Assembly: GCA_951406725.2 (NCBI GenBank)
Contig: OX597814.1
Span: 131,440,001 to 131,504,000 of the forward strand
DNA: 64,000 nucleotides
Direction of reading: 5' to 3'
DNA from: Octopus vulgaris
Lineage: Eukaryota
Shown one piece after another: positions 24,972 to 36,750 of this stretch. The translations under genes and the position numbers were made by a program. The notes below the pieces were generated by a model. That model had not been told where the DNA came from. It saw nothing but the letters and a program-made list of their open reading frames with translations, and did not search any database. Positions within the stretch are counted from its first letter, which is position 1; every line of letters begins with the position of its first letter.

Positions 24972-25127
24972 AAAGAATGGAGTTGAACGACGATTTAACA
25001 AAATTCCTTTATTCTCGACATATGTTTCGAAGGCTGCATATTCCTTCGAAATTAGGAATATGCAGCCTTCGAAACATATGTCGAGAATAAAGGAATTTTG
25101 TTAAATCGTCGTTCAACTCCATTCTTT
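24972..25127. repeat. Perfect 74-bp inverted repeat with 8-nt loop (Penelope-like terminal fold-back)
   Basis: Arms 24972-25045 and 25054-25127 are exact reverse complements; GAAACATATGTC at 25071-25082. Confidence 0.9.
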
Positions 25128-25135
25128 AATTTTTT

Positions 25136-25174
<39 letters not shown>

Positions 25175-25418
25175 GAAGAAATGAGGTACTCAGAAATCTG
25201 GATGGTTTTATATTTACAGATATTTATTAGTGTGTTACATGTTTTTATAAATCATATATCATATATATTAGCGCTTTCGTCCACTCTAGTGGAGTTTTCA
25301 AATTGAACTTTTGCAGGAATTTTGTCTCTTTTTATAGTATTATTGAATGTGAAGGGGTGGGGAGAAACATTAGATAATACAAGAGAGTGAGAAATGGAGA
25401 GAAAGTGAGAGAGAGCGC

Positions 25419-25476
<58 letters not shown>

Positions 25477-26504
25477 CTCAAAGGAATAAACGATTATGAA
25501 GTTCAGTAGCTAACAGCCGTTTCTGCTATACGACGCAGTGAAGTCATAGTTGAATGCCTGATTAACACTTTAAAGCTCCACCGGAGCCTCAAAACATGAA
25601 GTGTGTGTGTGTGTGTGTGTGTTTGGGATGGAATTTCCTATACTTGTGTTGTCATCTAGTTTGCATTATATGAATAAAAATCGACTCCAGAAGGGTGTGA
25701 AGGGAAGCTAACCACGACGGTATTTGAACTTAGAGCGTAAAGTACTGCGACTAACGGTACTACCGCTAGGCTTTTGCCCGACGCTGTAACGATTCCGTTG
25801 AACCACACCGCTCGTATACACGATCTCGTTAGACTTAAACTCGCCTGTTCCTATTTCATCACTAATTACTACTGTACTGTTGTATGGCGAAATGATAAGA
25901 TTACACAGGAAATGAAAAAGGTGGAGCCGTTAGACTCATTAACCGAATTTTCACTATCTCCCTCTCATCTTTCTTCCTTTCTCCCCCCCCCCCCCAATCG
26001 CTCTCTGTTTATGTTTGTCATTCTCTCTTTCGTCATGTTTCTCACCTACTTCGTTCCTCAATTTCATGCACATACACCCCTGACATCCTTTCATTCATGT
26101 ACACATACAGTTTCTCACTCTCTCTTCTTCTTTCATTTCCTGTCCCTGTCTCTACTTCTCTCCTGTTAGTTTCTAAAAACATATTCTAACCCTTAGAATA
26201 TTTGTACTTTTCGAGTCTATAATTCGCACGTGTTTCTTGTTAAGTATCTCTAATGAACTAAAAGACTTGGTCGGCAAGCAGACGGACCTATAAGAGGCAT
26301 GTAGTCTGTGGCGGCCACTATTGCTGTTGTTTTTACCCCGTTCGTCTCTTTTTCTTTTCTGATGGAACAGACCCATGGGTCCTTACGCAGTTGGTCGAAC
26401 TTTTAGGTGTGATCCACGGTTCCATTGGTCTATAGATACCACATTTCTGCCTCGAGCACGAAGGACTATTCAGCACACTTATGGTTTATCGTTTGGGTAT
26501 CGTA

Positions 26505-26995
26505 GTCTCTCACTTGTGAGAGACTTCCTGTTTGCAGACGATTGTGCGCTTGCAGCATTGAATAAACCAGACCTGCAAGAACTTGCCACTTGTCTCTCAG
26601 AAGCAGCAAAAGCCTTCCGACTGACCATTAGCCTGTGAAAAACTGAAGTGATGCTTCAGCCTGCACGTGGCCTGATACCTCCTGAGCCTCAGATTGAGAT
26701 TGAGGGCACAATTCTGAACAGCATGGAGAGCTTTACATACCTGGGAAGCTGCCTATTCTCAAACTGCAGCATGGACAAAGATGTTTCCATGAGGCTTGCA
26801 AAAGCAGGAGCTTCGTTTGGCAGACTTTGGACACGTGTGTGGGCCGAACGAGGCATCAGACTTTCCCTCAAGCTGGCAGTCTATAGGGCAGTCATCGTCA
26901 CCTCTCTGCTCTACGGATGTGGGACGTTGACGCTGTATAGGAGGCAAATGCAAGTTCTTGACCAGTTCCACCTCCGCCGCTTGCGACGAATCTAA
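26505..26995 (+). mobile_element. RTE-clade LINE RT fragment (pseudogenised)
   Basis: DFLFADDCALAA, LTISL*KTEVM, FTYLGS, KAGASFGRL, KLAVYRAVIVTSLLYGC, FHLRRLRRI. Confidence 0.92.
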
Positions 26996-28367
26996 TGAAA
27001 TAAGTACACATTTCGACGCTGCGATGATATATGAAACACGCACGCACATAGTACGGTCTCAAAGTAACATCAAAGAATTTGGACATAGCGGTCGGTCTTG
27101 AACAGATTATGCGTTGTGATTGTAATATATTAAAAAACAAAACGGAAAGGAGCGTGTAACGTGACGAGTGATGTCACCGGTACGGTTGCACTGGAATGTG
27201 ATAAAGCTTTCTTGCACTGTCGGCATACCGGCATTAGCACTGTCTTTCTCTTTGTTATTTGTGCGAGATGGTTTACGGTATAAGATGGTATTCAGTCAAA
27301 CAGCGAATGCACTGCTTTCAAGTATTACTGCATTGAGACTCTAAGATGAACCAGCCCCAGAAAATCGATCTAAAAATTGAAAAATATTACAATATACAGA
27401 AAGGCATAGCTACTATCAGCTAGCAAGACACCATATAAAATTTTCAATTTTTTCTTCTTTGTTATTTTATTTTCGTATATGTACTCACATGCACGTACGC
27501 TCGTTCGTGTATCCATGTTTGTTCATCCTGGTGATCATAGTTGCGAACGAAGAAAACGAAATGGTATAGTATATTCATGAGGAAATGATGTGATGAGAAC
27601 GAGAGAAATTACTAAAAGAACAACAGGAATTTTGAAAATAAGCCATCCAACAAATATAGGAAGTTGAAAAAATATGGTATTTTACACCAAAATACTCGAA
27701 AATCAATGGATATTAAAAGAAGAGATGTAGAATAATTTGGCCTTTTGGAATGTAATTCAGATTCAGCCATCATATCTGTAAAAAGAAAAAAAAAGAAAAA
27801 AGTGAAGTGGCTTTTGACATAAGTGTCTAAATAAGCAGAAATCCTTCAGGAACGAGGGAAAATATATTTCTTTTAATTTCTCTTGTGTCCGCAATGGTTT
27901 TGTTTTTCTCTACTTGTTTTTATTCTGAAACGAAGCAGTGTTTAACCTAAATTTTTGCACCACTTTCATTCACGAGATCCTAGCTAGAGTCAGGAAACAA
28001 ATTGAAAATCAATAAGAGCTCTGGAAATATCAACATTTTAGATTTTCGCTTGTTCTCAGTATTGTTTTAGTATAATGTAAATACTGTCCGAGAAATTCAA
28101 CAAACGAATAAATAAACAGAATGAAAATGAAATTGTTCTCATTAGTTTTATTCTAGATGTTTGGCTGGTTTCCAAATCAGCTTTAATCCACTTGAGCCTT
28201 GATACAAGGCGTTCCAGCTATGACCATTACTCTTATCATTTTTTAGGCATTACTCTTATCATTTTTTAGGTGTATTGACGACAACATTCATTATCCACCA
28301 TGTCCTTTCTTCATATAATATGGGCAGTATGCGGTACGAGGGAGATTTAGCTGCTATTTCAAACAGC

Positions 28368-28973
28368 GGATCTTTACCTTTTGACTGTCAGATTTAAAAA
28401 ATAATTTTTTGTAACTAAACACTTTCAAACTTCGGACACTGATAGAATGTGTCATATAAAACATGTTTTACTCTTAGCATTTTTGAGGAAAACTTATATT
28501 TACGAAGATATTTCACCTTAAATTTCTCGTATTTCGATAATTTCAACCAATCAATGACGTATATTCAGCTGAATAAAATTACTGCCGTTGTTAGTCAACA
28601 AGAACTTCCAGCGGTGTATATTTCGTTTGTCACTGTTATTTATCTATGACAACCATAACCTTAACCTTAAAACCAGTACAAACGCACGAACGATGTCATA
28701 ATTAACAGTGACAAACGAAAAATACACTGCTGATAAGTTGTTGTTGACAAACAACGACATTAATTTTATTCAGCTGAATACACGTCATTGATTGGTTGAA
28801 ATTACCGAAATACGACAACTTTAAGGTGAAATTACTTCGTAAATATAAGGTTTTCTCAAAAATGCTAAGAGTAAAAGATGTTTATATGACACATTGTACC
28901 AGTGTCCGAAGTTTGAAAGTGTTTTGTTACAAAACATTATTTTTTAAATCTATTGGTGAAAAGGTAAAGATCC
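28368..28973. mobile_element. Fold-back MITE with GGATCTTT termini and 8-bp TSD (Merlin-like)
   Basis: TSD CAAACAGC at 28360-28367 and 28974-28981; about 280-bp imperfect inverted arms; centre TAACCTTAACC. Confidence 0.9.
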
Positions 28974-29689
28974 CAAACAGCTCGGGTGTGAACTGTTTTG
29001 CCTTGCTTTAGAGCAGTCTTGGGCATACTGCGCCCCGCTGGGAATTTCTGAATAGTGCATGGAACGAAAAATTAACCTTGAAGTTTTTAAAAAGCTGTGC
29101 GGTCCACGTTATCGGTGAGTCATGTACAATGTGGCCTGCTTGTCGCAAAAGTTTGCTTATAGCTGTTTTAGAGCGAGGGGCTGAGAGAATCGCTAGAGCA
29201 TCTAGCTCTGCGGTTTTTGTTTTGGTTCTTTAACTTCTGAGATCAAAAATCTCGCCGAGCTCAACTTTCCCTTTCATCCGTTTGTAACTGATAAACAAAG
29301 TACCGAGTCAAGTACTGGGGTTCGATGGTATCGATTTCACTCCCACCCCACCTCAAAAAATGCTTGCCATGTCTCCTAAATCGGAATCGATTTATTATAT
29401 ACTCGCATCTGCTAAAGTTGATAAATGTTCAAAATTTGTTAACTTTTACTTTATCTATTATCCCCGTAGGATCACATAGATACAGCTTTTGAATAAAAGA
29501 ATTAAAAGATGCAAAACGTTTATTGTTATCATATACGAAAGAGTAAAAAGATTTGCACAACAGCTTGGTTTGTTACGATGGAAACAGGCACCAATATGTC
29601 TGGTTTTCGATTGCTAAAATTACTCAAAATTTGCAAACTTTGAAAGCTTTTATTTATTTATTTATTTATTTATTTATTTTGTCTTCATC

Positions 29690-29975
29690 TTTTACTTGTT
29701 GCAATCATTAGACTGCGGCCACGCTGATGCACCACCTTGAACACTTTTTAGTCAAATACCCTAGTATTTTCTTTTGTTTTTGTTTTTGGTAAGCCTGGTA
29801 CTTATTCTATCAGTCTCTTTTACCGAACCGCTAAGTTACTGGGACGTAAACACACCAACACCGGTTGTCAAGCGGTGGTGGAGGACAAAGACACATACAC
29901 ACATATGACGGACTTCTTTCAGACTTTGGTCGGCCCGACCATGCGTTTAGGAAGCAAACTTCTTACTACCCTGCC
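29690..29975 (-). mobile_element. SINE family A, older copy with deletions
   Basis: Tail and body homology to family A. Confidence 0.75.
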
Positions 29976-30656
29976 AAGGCAAAATGTATTTCATTACCAT
30001 AATTAGCATACAAAACTACATCAATACACCAAATTTGAAATCAGTTGAAGGAATTGAAAAGTAAAAATCAAACAAAAAAGATCCTTATTTACTTATGACT
30101 TTATAAATACTGCTTAACTCATAACCACTGAGGTTGTTTCGTACGATTTTGTGTTCCCTAGTTTGAAATAGTTGTAGCCTTGTTTATCACTGTTTTACTA
30201 TCACTGATCCGGAATAATGTGGTACGCTTGTAATCCTTATCGCTGATTGAATCTGTGATAACATGGTTCAGCGATTAGGTGAAGATTCTCCTTGTACCGC
30301 AAAAACCTGTTCCAACGACCACCCACAATGCTCAGCCGTGCTGCGTGGTTGCATATTTTTATACGGATTTACGTACCCATAACAATGCGACCAGTGAACA
30401 AGGAAATAAAAGAAAAAAAAGAACATACGAATATATCTTATCCTAACAAATGACGCGCTCGAGCGTATTCTCTACAGTATAAGGTAGAGAGACGATCAAG
30501 AGAATACGTAACGGTGGAAGATTCACAGCTGTAGGCTGCGTGTTCAGTGTCAATGAATCTACCATTCGTTCCATTAACTAAGTTCGTGGAGATGATTCAT
30601 TTATCACTGTTTTTTTTCAACTGAAACCCTGTAATAAACAGGCCTCTTTTTTTTTT

Positions 30657-31037
30657 CTACTTTTACTTGTTTCAGTCATTTGACTGCGGCCATGCTGGAG
30701 CACCGCCTTTTAGTCGAGCAAATCGACCCCGGGACTCATTCTTTGTAAGCCTAGTACTTATTCTATCGGTCTCTTTTTGCCGAACTGCTAAGTGACAGGG
30801 ACGTAAACACACCAGCATCGGTTGTCAAGCAATGCTAGGGGGACATACACAAACACACACACATATATATACATATGTACGACAGGCTTCTTTCAGTTTC
30901 CGGCTACCAAATCCACTCACAAGGCATTGGTCGGCCCGGGGCTATAGCAGAAGACACTTGCCCAAGATGCCACGCAGTGGGACTGAACCCGGAACCATGT
31001 GGTTGGTTAGCAAGCTACTTACCACACAACCACTCCT
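30657..31037 (-). mobile_element. SINE family A, near full length
   Basis: Close to consensus. Confidence 0.9.
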
Positions 31038-31179
31038 AAATAATCTTTTGAGAACTATAATAAAATTTGGCTTCAAATGTTGACCAGTCAAGTACTGGGA
31101 GCCTTTCTAATCAACTAAATTCCTCCTCACAAAATTGCTGGTCTTGCGCGTAAATTAAAAGTCATTAATAGTTCTTGTT

Positions 31180-31485
31180 GGAGGCACATGGCCTAGTGGT
31201 TAGAGGAGCGGATTTGCGTTTGAGGGATCGCGGGTTCGAATCTCAGACCAGGAGATGTGTGTGTTTATGAGCGAAACACCTAAGCTCCACGCGGCTCCGG
31301 CAGAAGGTAATGGCGAACTTCTGCTGACTCTTTCGCCACATCTTTCTCTCACTCTTTCCTCCTGCATCTTGCAGCTCACCTGCGACAGACCGGCATCCCG
31401 TCCAGGTGGGGAACCTATACGCCAAGGAAACCGGGAAACCGGCCCTAATGAGCCAGGCACGGCTCGAGAAGGAACAAACAAAACA
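31180..31485 (+). mobile_element. SINE family D, tail type 1
   Basis: GGAGGCACATGGCCTAGTGG (A box) and GGTTCGAATCTC (B box); body shared with 58391-58580; (AAAC)n end. Confidence 0.8.
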
Positions 31486-32076
31486 ATAGTTCTTGTTAAA
31501 ACTGCGAGCAGGCAGATTCGTTAGCACGCTGGGCAAAATGCTTAGCGGCATTTCGCCCGCCTTTACGTTCCGAGTTAAAAAAAACAAAAACCCTCGCGGT
31601 CGACTTTGCCTTTTATTCTTTAGGGGTCGTTAAAATAAGTACTAGTTAAGCATTGTAATCGATTCCCTTCCTCCCTCGAACTTGCTGGCCATTATGAATA
31701 ATTCTTGTGTGTGTGCGTGCATTGTGGACCCCTGTTTTCTTGAAACTCGGCTTATCATTTGCATCACGATCAGTACATCACCGGAAAAATAATTGTGGTG
31801 CATACTTCCCTTGGAGCCCCAAGCACAGGTTTATTTTGCATAATATTTGTTAATCCAGCAAATTGCGCCGTGGTCGATTTTGTTTCTCATCCTTTCGGGG
31901 TCGATAAATTAAGTACCAGTTGCGTACTGGGGTCGATCTAATCGACTAGTTCTCTCCCCCCAAATTTCGGGCCTTGCGCCTAGAGTAGAACAGAATATTG
32001 GTTAATCCAACAATACTTTGGGTTCAATCATTATGAATGGAATTGGTAGGCGGAAATTTGTAGCAGCCCACCGCAC

Positions 32077-32108
<32 letters not shown>

Positions 32109-32354
32109 ACATATGCATATGTAATCTGTGTGTCTGTATCATGTTTGTCCCCAACATAGCTTTGCAACCAGTGTTGGTTTGTTTACGTCCTCTTAACTAA
32201 TCTGTTCAGCATAAAAGACCGACGGTATAAGTACTAGGCTTTTAAAGATAAGTAGTGGGGTCAATTTGTTCTAAACCCTTCAGTGTGAAGGCCCAGCGTG
32301 GCGGCAGTGCAATGACCAAAACGTGTTAAATGGTGTGTGTGTGTGTGTGTGTGT

Positions 32355-33436
32355 GTGTATAGGTTAGCTAAAATGAGACAACAAAGCCATGGCAATGTCA
32401 AATTTCTAGGACATTTTATAAAGAGAAAGGCAATCTTACAGCTCTTTCAGATATGATATGAAAGAAAAAATAGGGCAAGACTTGCCCCCCCCCCCCCCCC
32501 CCAAAGCACCCTTAAAAAAATTCTCTTTTCGACACAACTTTCGGCTACGGGGAATACGAATCCGCAAAAAAAATTGGCAAAAATCGACATTTCTAAATTA
32601 TCCACACCCACCCTATTTCCTTCAGTTTTAACTTTTTTCACAATTCCCCCCCCCCCCCCCCAATATGCAGAAAAATATGGAGATTATGATTCTGAAAAAT
32701 TTTTTCCAAAGATCTTTGTAAAATTTTTTTTTAAAGAATCTTTTTCCTCTAAATATACGCACAAAAATTTCAAAACATTTTTGTACTTACGGTTTTAGAG
32801 TTTTAGGGTTAGTGTTGGGGGAAAAAAGTCAAAATTGAAGAAGTTGGGGACGAACGGAGGTGAGGAGTGTAATTTTCACAAAGCCGATTTTTGACAATTT
32901 TGGCAAAAAAAAAAAAAAAAAAAAAAAAAAAATTACAAAAATAAACAAATTTGGGAGAAAATGGGGGGTGGGGGTGGAAGTCTTTCCGGAAATAGTATAG
33001 TTCAATATAAGAAGTTATTTTGTAAGGGAAGAGTTATAGGAAGTGTAAAGAGAAATGTAAGAATAAAAATAAAGATATATGTTGTGTAGAATGGGTAGAA
33101 AAAAAAAGGCTTCTTGTCCACATTACATACCATGGACAAGAAGCCGTTTTACCTATTCTACACAACACGGTCCTTGGATAATGGAATAGTAAGTTTAACA
33201 TCCAACATATATCCTTATTTTTATTCTTTATATTTCCCTTTACACTTCCTATAACCCTCCCTTTACAAAATAACTTCTTATATTGAGCTCTACTATTTCC
33301 TTCTGTTTAACTCTCTCATATCGTCTCTGCTATTCCTGAAACAGCTGTAAGACTGACTACCCTTCTCTTTATAAAAATGTCCTCGAAATTTCACACTGCC
33401 CTAGCTTTGTCGTCTCATTTTATTTAACCTATACAC
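32355..33436. mobile_element. Penelope-like fold-back element interrupted by a MITE
   Basis: 32355-32465 plus 32988-33120 pair with 33133-33436; starts in (GT)n; GAAACAGCTGTA at 33338-33349. Confidence 0.7.
32474..32987. mobile_element. MITE with GGCAAGA-type termini (Merlin-like, family 2)
   Basis: GGCAAGACTT...AAGTCTTTCC; degenerate TSD aaaaatag/ggaaatag; homologous to 49586-50017. Confidence 0.75.
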
Positions 33437-33524
33437 GCTCACACACTACCCAGGAATCTAACAGCGGTCCTTCCGTAACACTTACAAAAGCCTTACCTGC
33501 CTTTTGGATCTTCTGGATACCCAA

Positions 33525-33566
<42 letters not shown>

Positions 33567-33568
<2 letters not shown>

Positions 33569-33913
33569 CTTTTACTCTTTTATTTGTTTCAGTCATTTGA
33601 CTGCGGTTTTAGTCGAACAGATCGACCTCAGAGCTTATTCTTTGTAAGCCTGGTACTTATTCTATCGGTCTCTTTTACCGAACCGCTAAGTTACGGGGAC
33701 GCAAACACACCAGCATTGGTTGTCAAGCGATGTTGAGAGGACAGACACATACGACGGGCTTCTTGCAGTTTCCGTCTACTGAATCCATTCACATGGCTTT
33801 GGTCGGCCCGACGCTATAGTAGAAGACACTTGCCCAAGGTGCCATGCAGTGGGATTGAACCCGGGACCATGTGGTTGGTAAGCAAGCTACTTACCACACA
33901 GCCACTCCTGCGT
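33567..33913 (-). mobile_element. SINE family A
   Basis: Tail-to-head homology. Confidence 0.88.
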
Positions 33914-34019
33914 CTATACATACACACACACACAATCATACATACATATATACATACACACACACACATACATATATACATACATACACACACACACATA
34001 CATATATACATACACACAC

Positions 34020-34055
<36 letters not shown>

Positions 34056-34113
34056 ACATACATACATACATACATACACACACACACATACACACACACA
34101 TACATATATACAT

Positions 34114-34152
<39 letters not shown>

Positions 34153-34165
34153 CACACATACATAG

Positions 34166-35343
34166 TGTTACGGGTTTAACTAGTGCAGTGTTTCTGACCC
34201 ACATAGGAATAATGGCACCATCATGTCTGGTGAAAATGTGACAGTCTTTTGTCTAATGGAGGACTAATGGGTTTTGGAATGACCTGTGACCTTGTGCGGG
34301 TGAATTAGGGGTCGCTCTGGACACCCCTTGAATATGTCGTGAGAGAGGGACAGGCAGAGAGTATGGTAGAGCTGTCAAGAGGGGGTAATAGGCAGCAGGC
34401 GATAGAGATAGGCAGTAAGAGAAAAGGGACAGATAGAGAGGGTAATAGGCAGCAGGTGATAGAGATAGGCAGTAAGATCAGAGAGCAGATAGAAAGGCTA
34501 TAAGCAGTAAGGGACAGATTGAGGATATAGATAGAGTATAAGGACCAGGGCAGTTAGAGAGGGTGTGAGCGGTACAGAGGGAGATGAGGGAGTGGAAGCG
34601 AGGACAGAGAGGAAGTGAGGTCTGGGCAGTCGTTGAGCGGTCGTCGAAGAACACAGACGGATCTTGCAGTCGCTGGCCGGTCCTCGAAGAAGACAGACGG
34701 ACCTTGGATTTAAGGAGCGAGCGTTGGAATTCTTAGGAGCAAGTTGGATGCGAGAAAGCTGGGCGGAAGGGAATTAGCAGATTCAGGGAATTAGCAGTAT
34801 TCAGAGGAATGGGACACTGGCAGATTCAATTAGGAATTGAGGTATGTGTTTGTGCATTGATATGTGTCACGGTGTATTGAACAGTGAAAAGAACAGTCAA
34901 GGACTCTGTCGATGTGGTCGATAAAGGACATTGTGAAGAAGAAGAGTAAAGGACTTGTTGATTGTGATGTTTAGGAAGAGACTTTAAAGAACTGTTGTCT
35001 TGGGACGTGTACTCTTGAATTGTTACATGATGTTGTATTATGCTTTGAGTTGTACTCTTGAAATGCTGTTGTATTATGTATTGAGTAGTCACGTGCATGC
35101 TTTGATGTATCTTGATGTTGTAACAATTGTAATTGTCGTATAAACTGTTGTTTGAATATAAGCCAGTGTTGCCAGTTGTTGCCTTGCCTCTTTGGGTTGT
35201 ATCTCGGGTTGTGCCTCTGTATCTCTGTGCTGCGGTTGTGGTTGTTGTTGTATCTCTCCTATCTCCCCTCTTTGGGTTCCGTGGCGAACTTGTGCCGTTC
35301 GGGGCGAGCGACGACGGCGGGCGATCCCGTCCGTTTCGTAACA
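34166..35343. mobile_element. Solo LTR (1178 bp), probably Gypsy-type
   Basis: Inverted termini TGTTACG...CGTAACA; flanks ATAG/ATAC (imperfect 4-bp TSD) inside a CA/TA microsatellite; internal purine-rich tandem duplications; no gag or pol. Confidence 0.75.
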
Positions 35344-36569
35344 ATACATACACGCGCCTGTGCACATAGAAATATATAATACATAAATATAATGGGTGTC
35401 TTCAATCCCTCTTTGCACAGTTCATTTAAAAGGTATTAATCCAGCGGTGGCCAAAGTGGCGCATAACAAATTCAAACCCGAGGCCATATTGTTGCGGAGC
35501 GAGCTTCTTACTCCTACAACCGTGCTCGACTGACTAAGCCATACTCCCACCACCACCACCACCAAAAAAAAAAAAAAAAAAAGTGTTGAGGGTCTCGGAA
35601 CATACCGGAAGATAAACATCACAGGAAATTTCATAGGTTCACACATCTGAGCTGCGAGCTGGCGATGCAGTCAGTATATGAGTCGACATGCTAGAAACAG
35701 CAGTCAAATCTATCACGTATCACTCTTAAAATGGAAGAACATGTTTGAATAATATCGCACTAGAAAAAATACATACTCTGCCAAAAAAAAAAAAACAACA
35801 ACAAAAAAAACCCAGGGTGGTCATGACTGGGGCGTCTTTATTTATAGTTGCTTAAGGTAAGGCTAGTTTTGTGTGGGGAATATGCCCTGTCTTTTCGTAT
35901 ATTCTTATGTATTTTAATTTTCTTGTAAAATATTGCGCTTGCATTACGCCAATGAATACGAGGGTTAATATTCTTTTCTATACGCTTTTTACAAGCTGAC
36001 TGAATTAACTGTCTTTGTTTTGTTGGCTCGAAACAGCAGCATCTAACCTCAATTTCACGTGATTTCACGAGCCAACAGAAAGAACCACTCTGTGGTCTTT
36101 CGACTTGCTAGAAATAACGGCGAAATCTACCTCAGACCGCAGCTACATCCCCTTGAGAAACGGGTCACATTTTATGATATGCAGTCTCAGATACACACAC
36201 ACACACATACATACCAACAACAACAGTAATAATAATAATAATGATAACAATTTCTTCATTAACCACTAAAGGGTTCACAAGAATATTGGCGGGGCGGTAC
36301 AGGATGGGATTACTAGAAGGAGTTTATGTAAAGAAAAGCAACTAATAAATAATAATAATTCTAATTTTGGGGCTCAAGGCCTACAGTTTCGAGTGGGGGA
36401 GGAAAGGAACAAGTCGGGCATTCCTTCGATATTGGTCTACAGAATGTCAGTGTGGGGATTACGACGTCATTCAGCCTCTTTTTCAGCTAGCTTAGCCGCT
36501 TTTTTTTTTCTGTATCATTAGGGAAGATTGCATGAGGAAATGTCGCTGTGTACCAATATCAAAGGATTG

Positions 36570-36750
36570 CCACATGTCGATTACATCGACCCCGGTACTT
36601 GACTACTGTTGCTGCAACAACAACAACAAGGCCTGAAATAGGGGAGGGGGATAGTCGATTACATCGATCCCCAGTACTCAGCTGGTAACTTATTTTACCG
36701 ATACCGAAAGGATGAAAGGCAAAGTCGACCTCGGTGGAATTTGAACTCAA
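36570..36750 (-). mobile_element. SINE family C fragment(s)
   Basis: gaaaggatgaaaggcaaagtcgacctcgg is the reverse complement of the Nin-like core. Similar fragments lie near 29200-29390, 31505-31690, 31860-31995, 41690-41890, 47510-47630, 51715-51890, 56185-56310 and 63780-63985. Confidence 0.8.

Noticed and set aside
27169-27240. Possible pre-miRNA hairpin
   Set aside because: Pairing is bulged and irregular, and no known mature miRNA is recognisable.
30832-31083. Recurrent peptide RRASFSFRLPNPLTRLWSARGYSRRHLPK in many ORFs
   Set aside because: Antisense translation of SINE family A, not a gene family.
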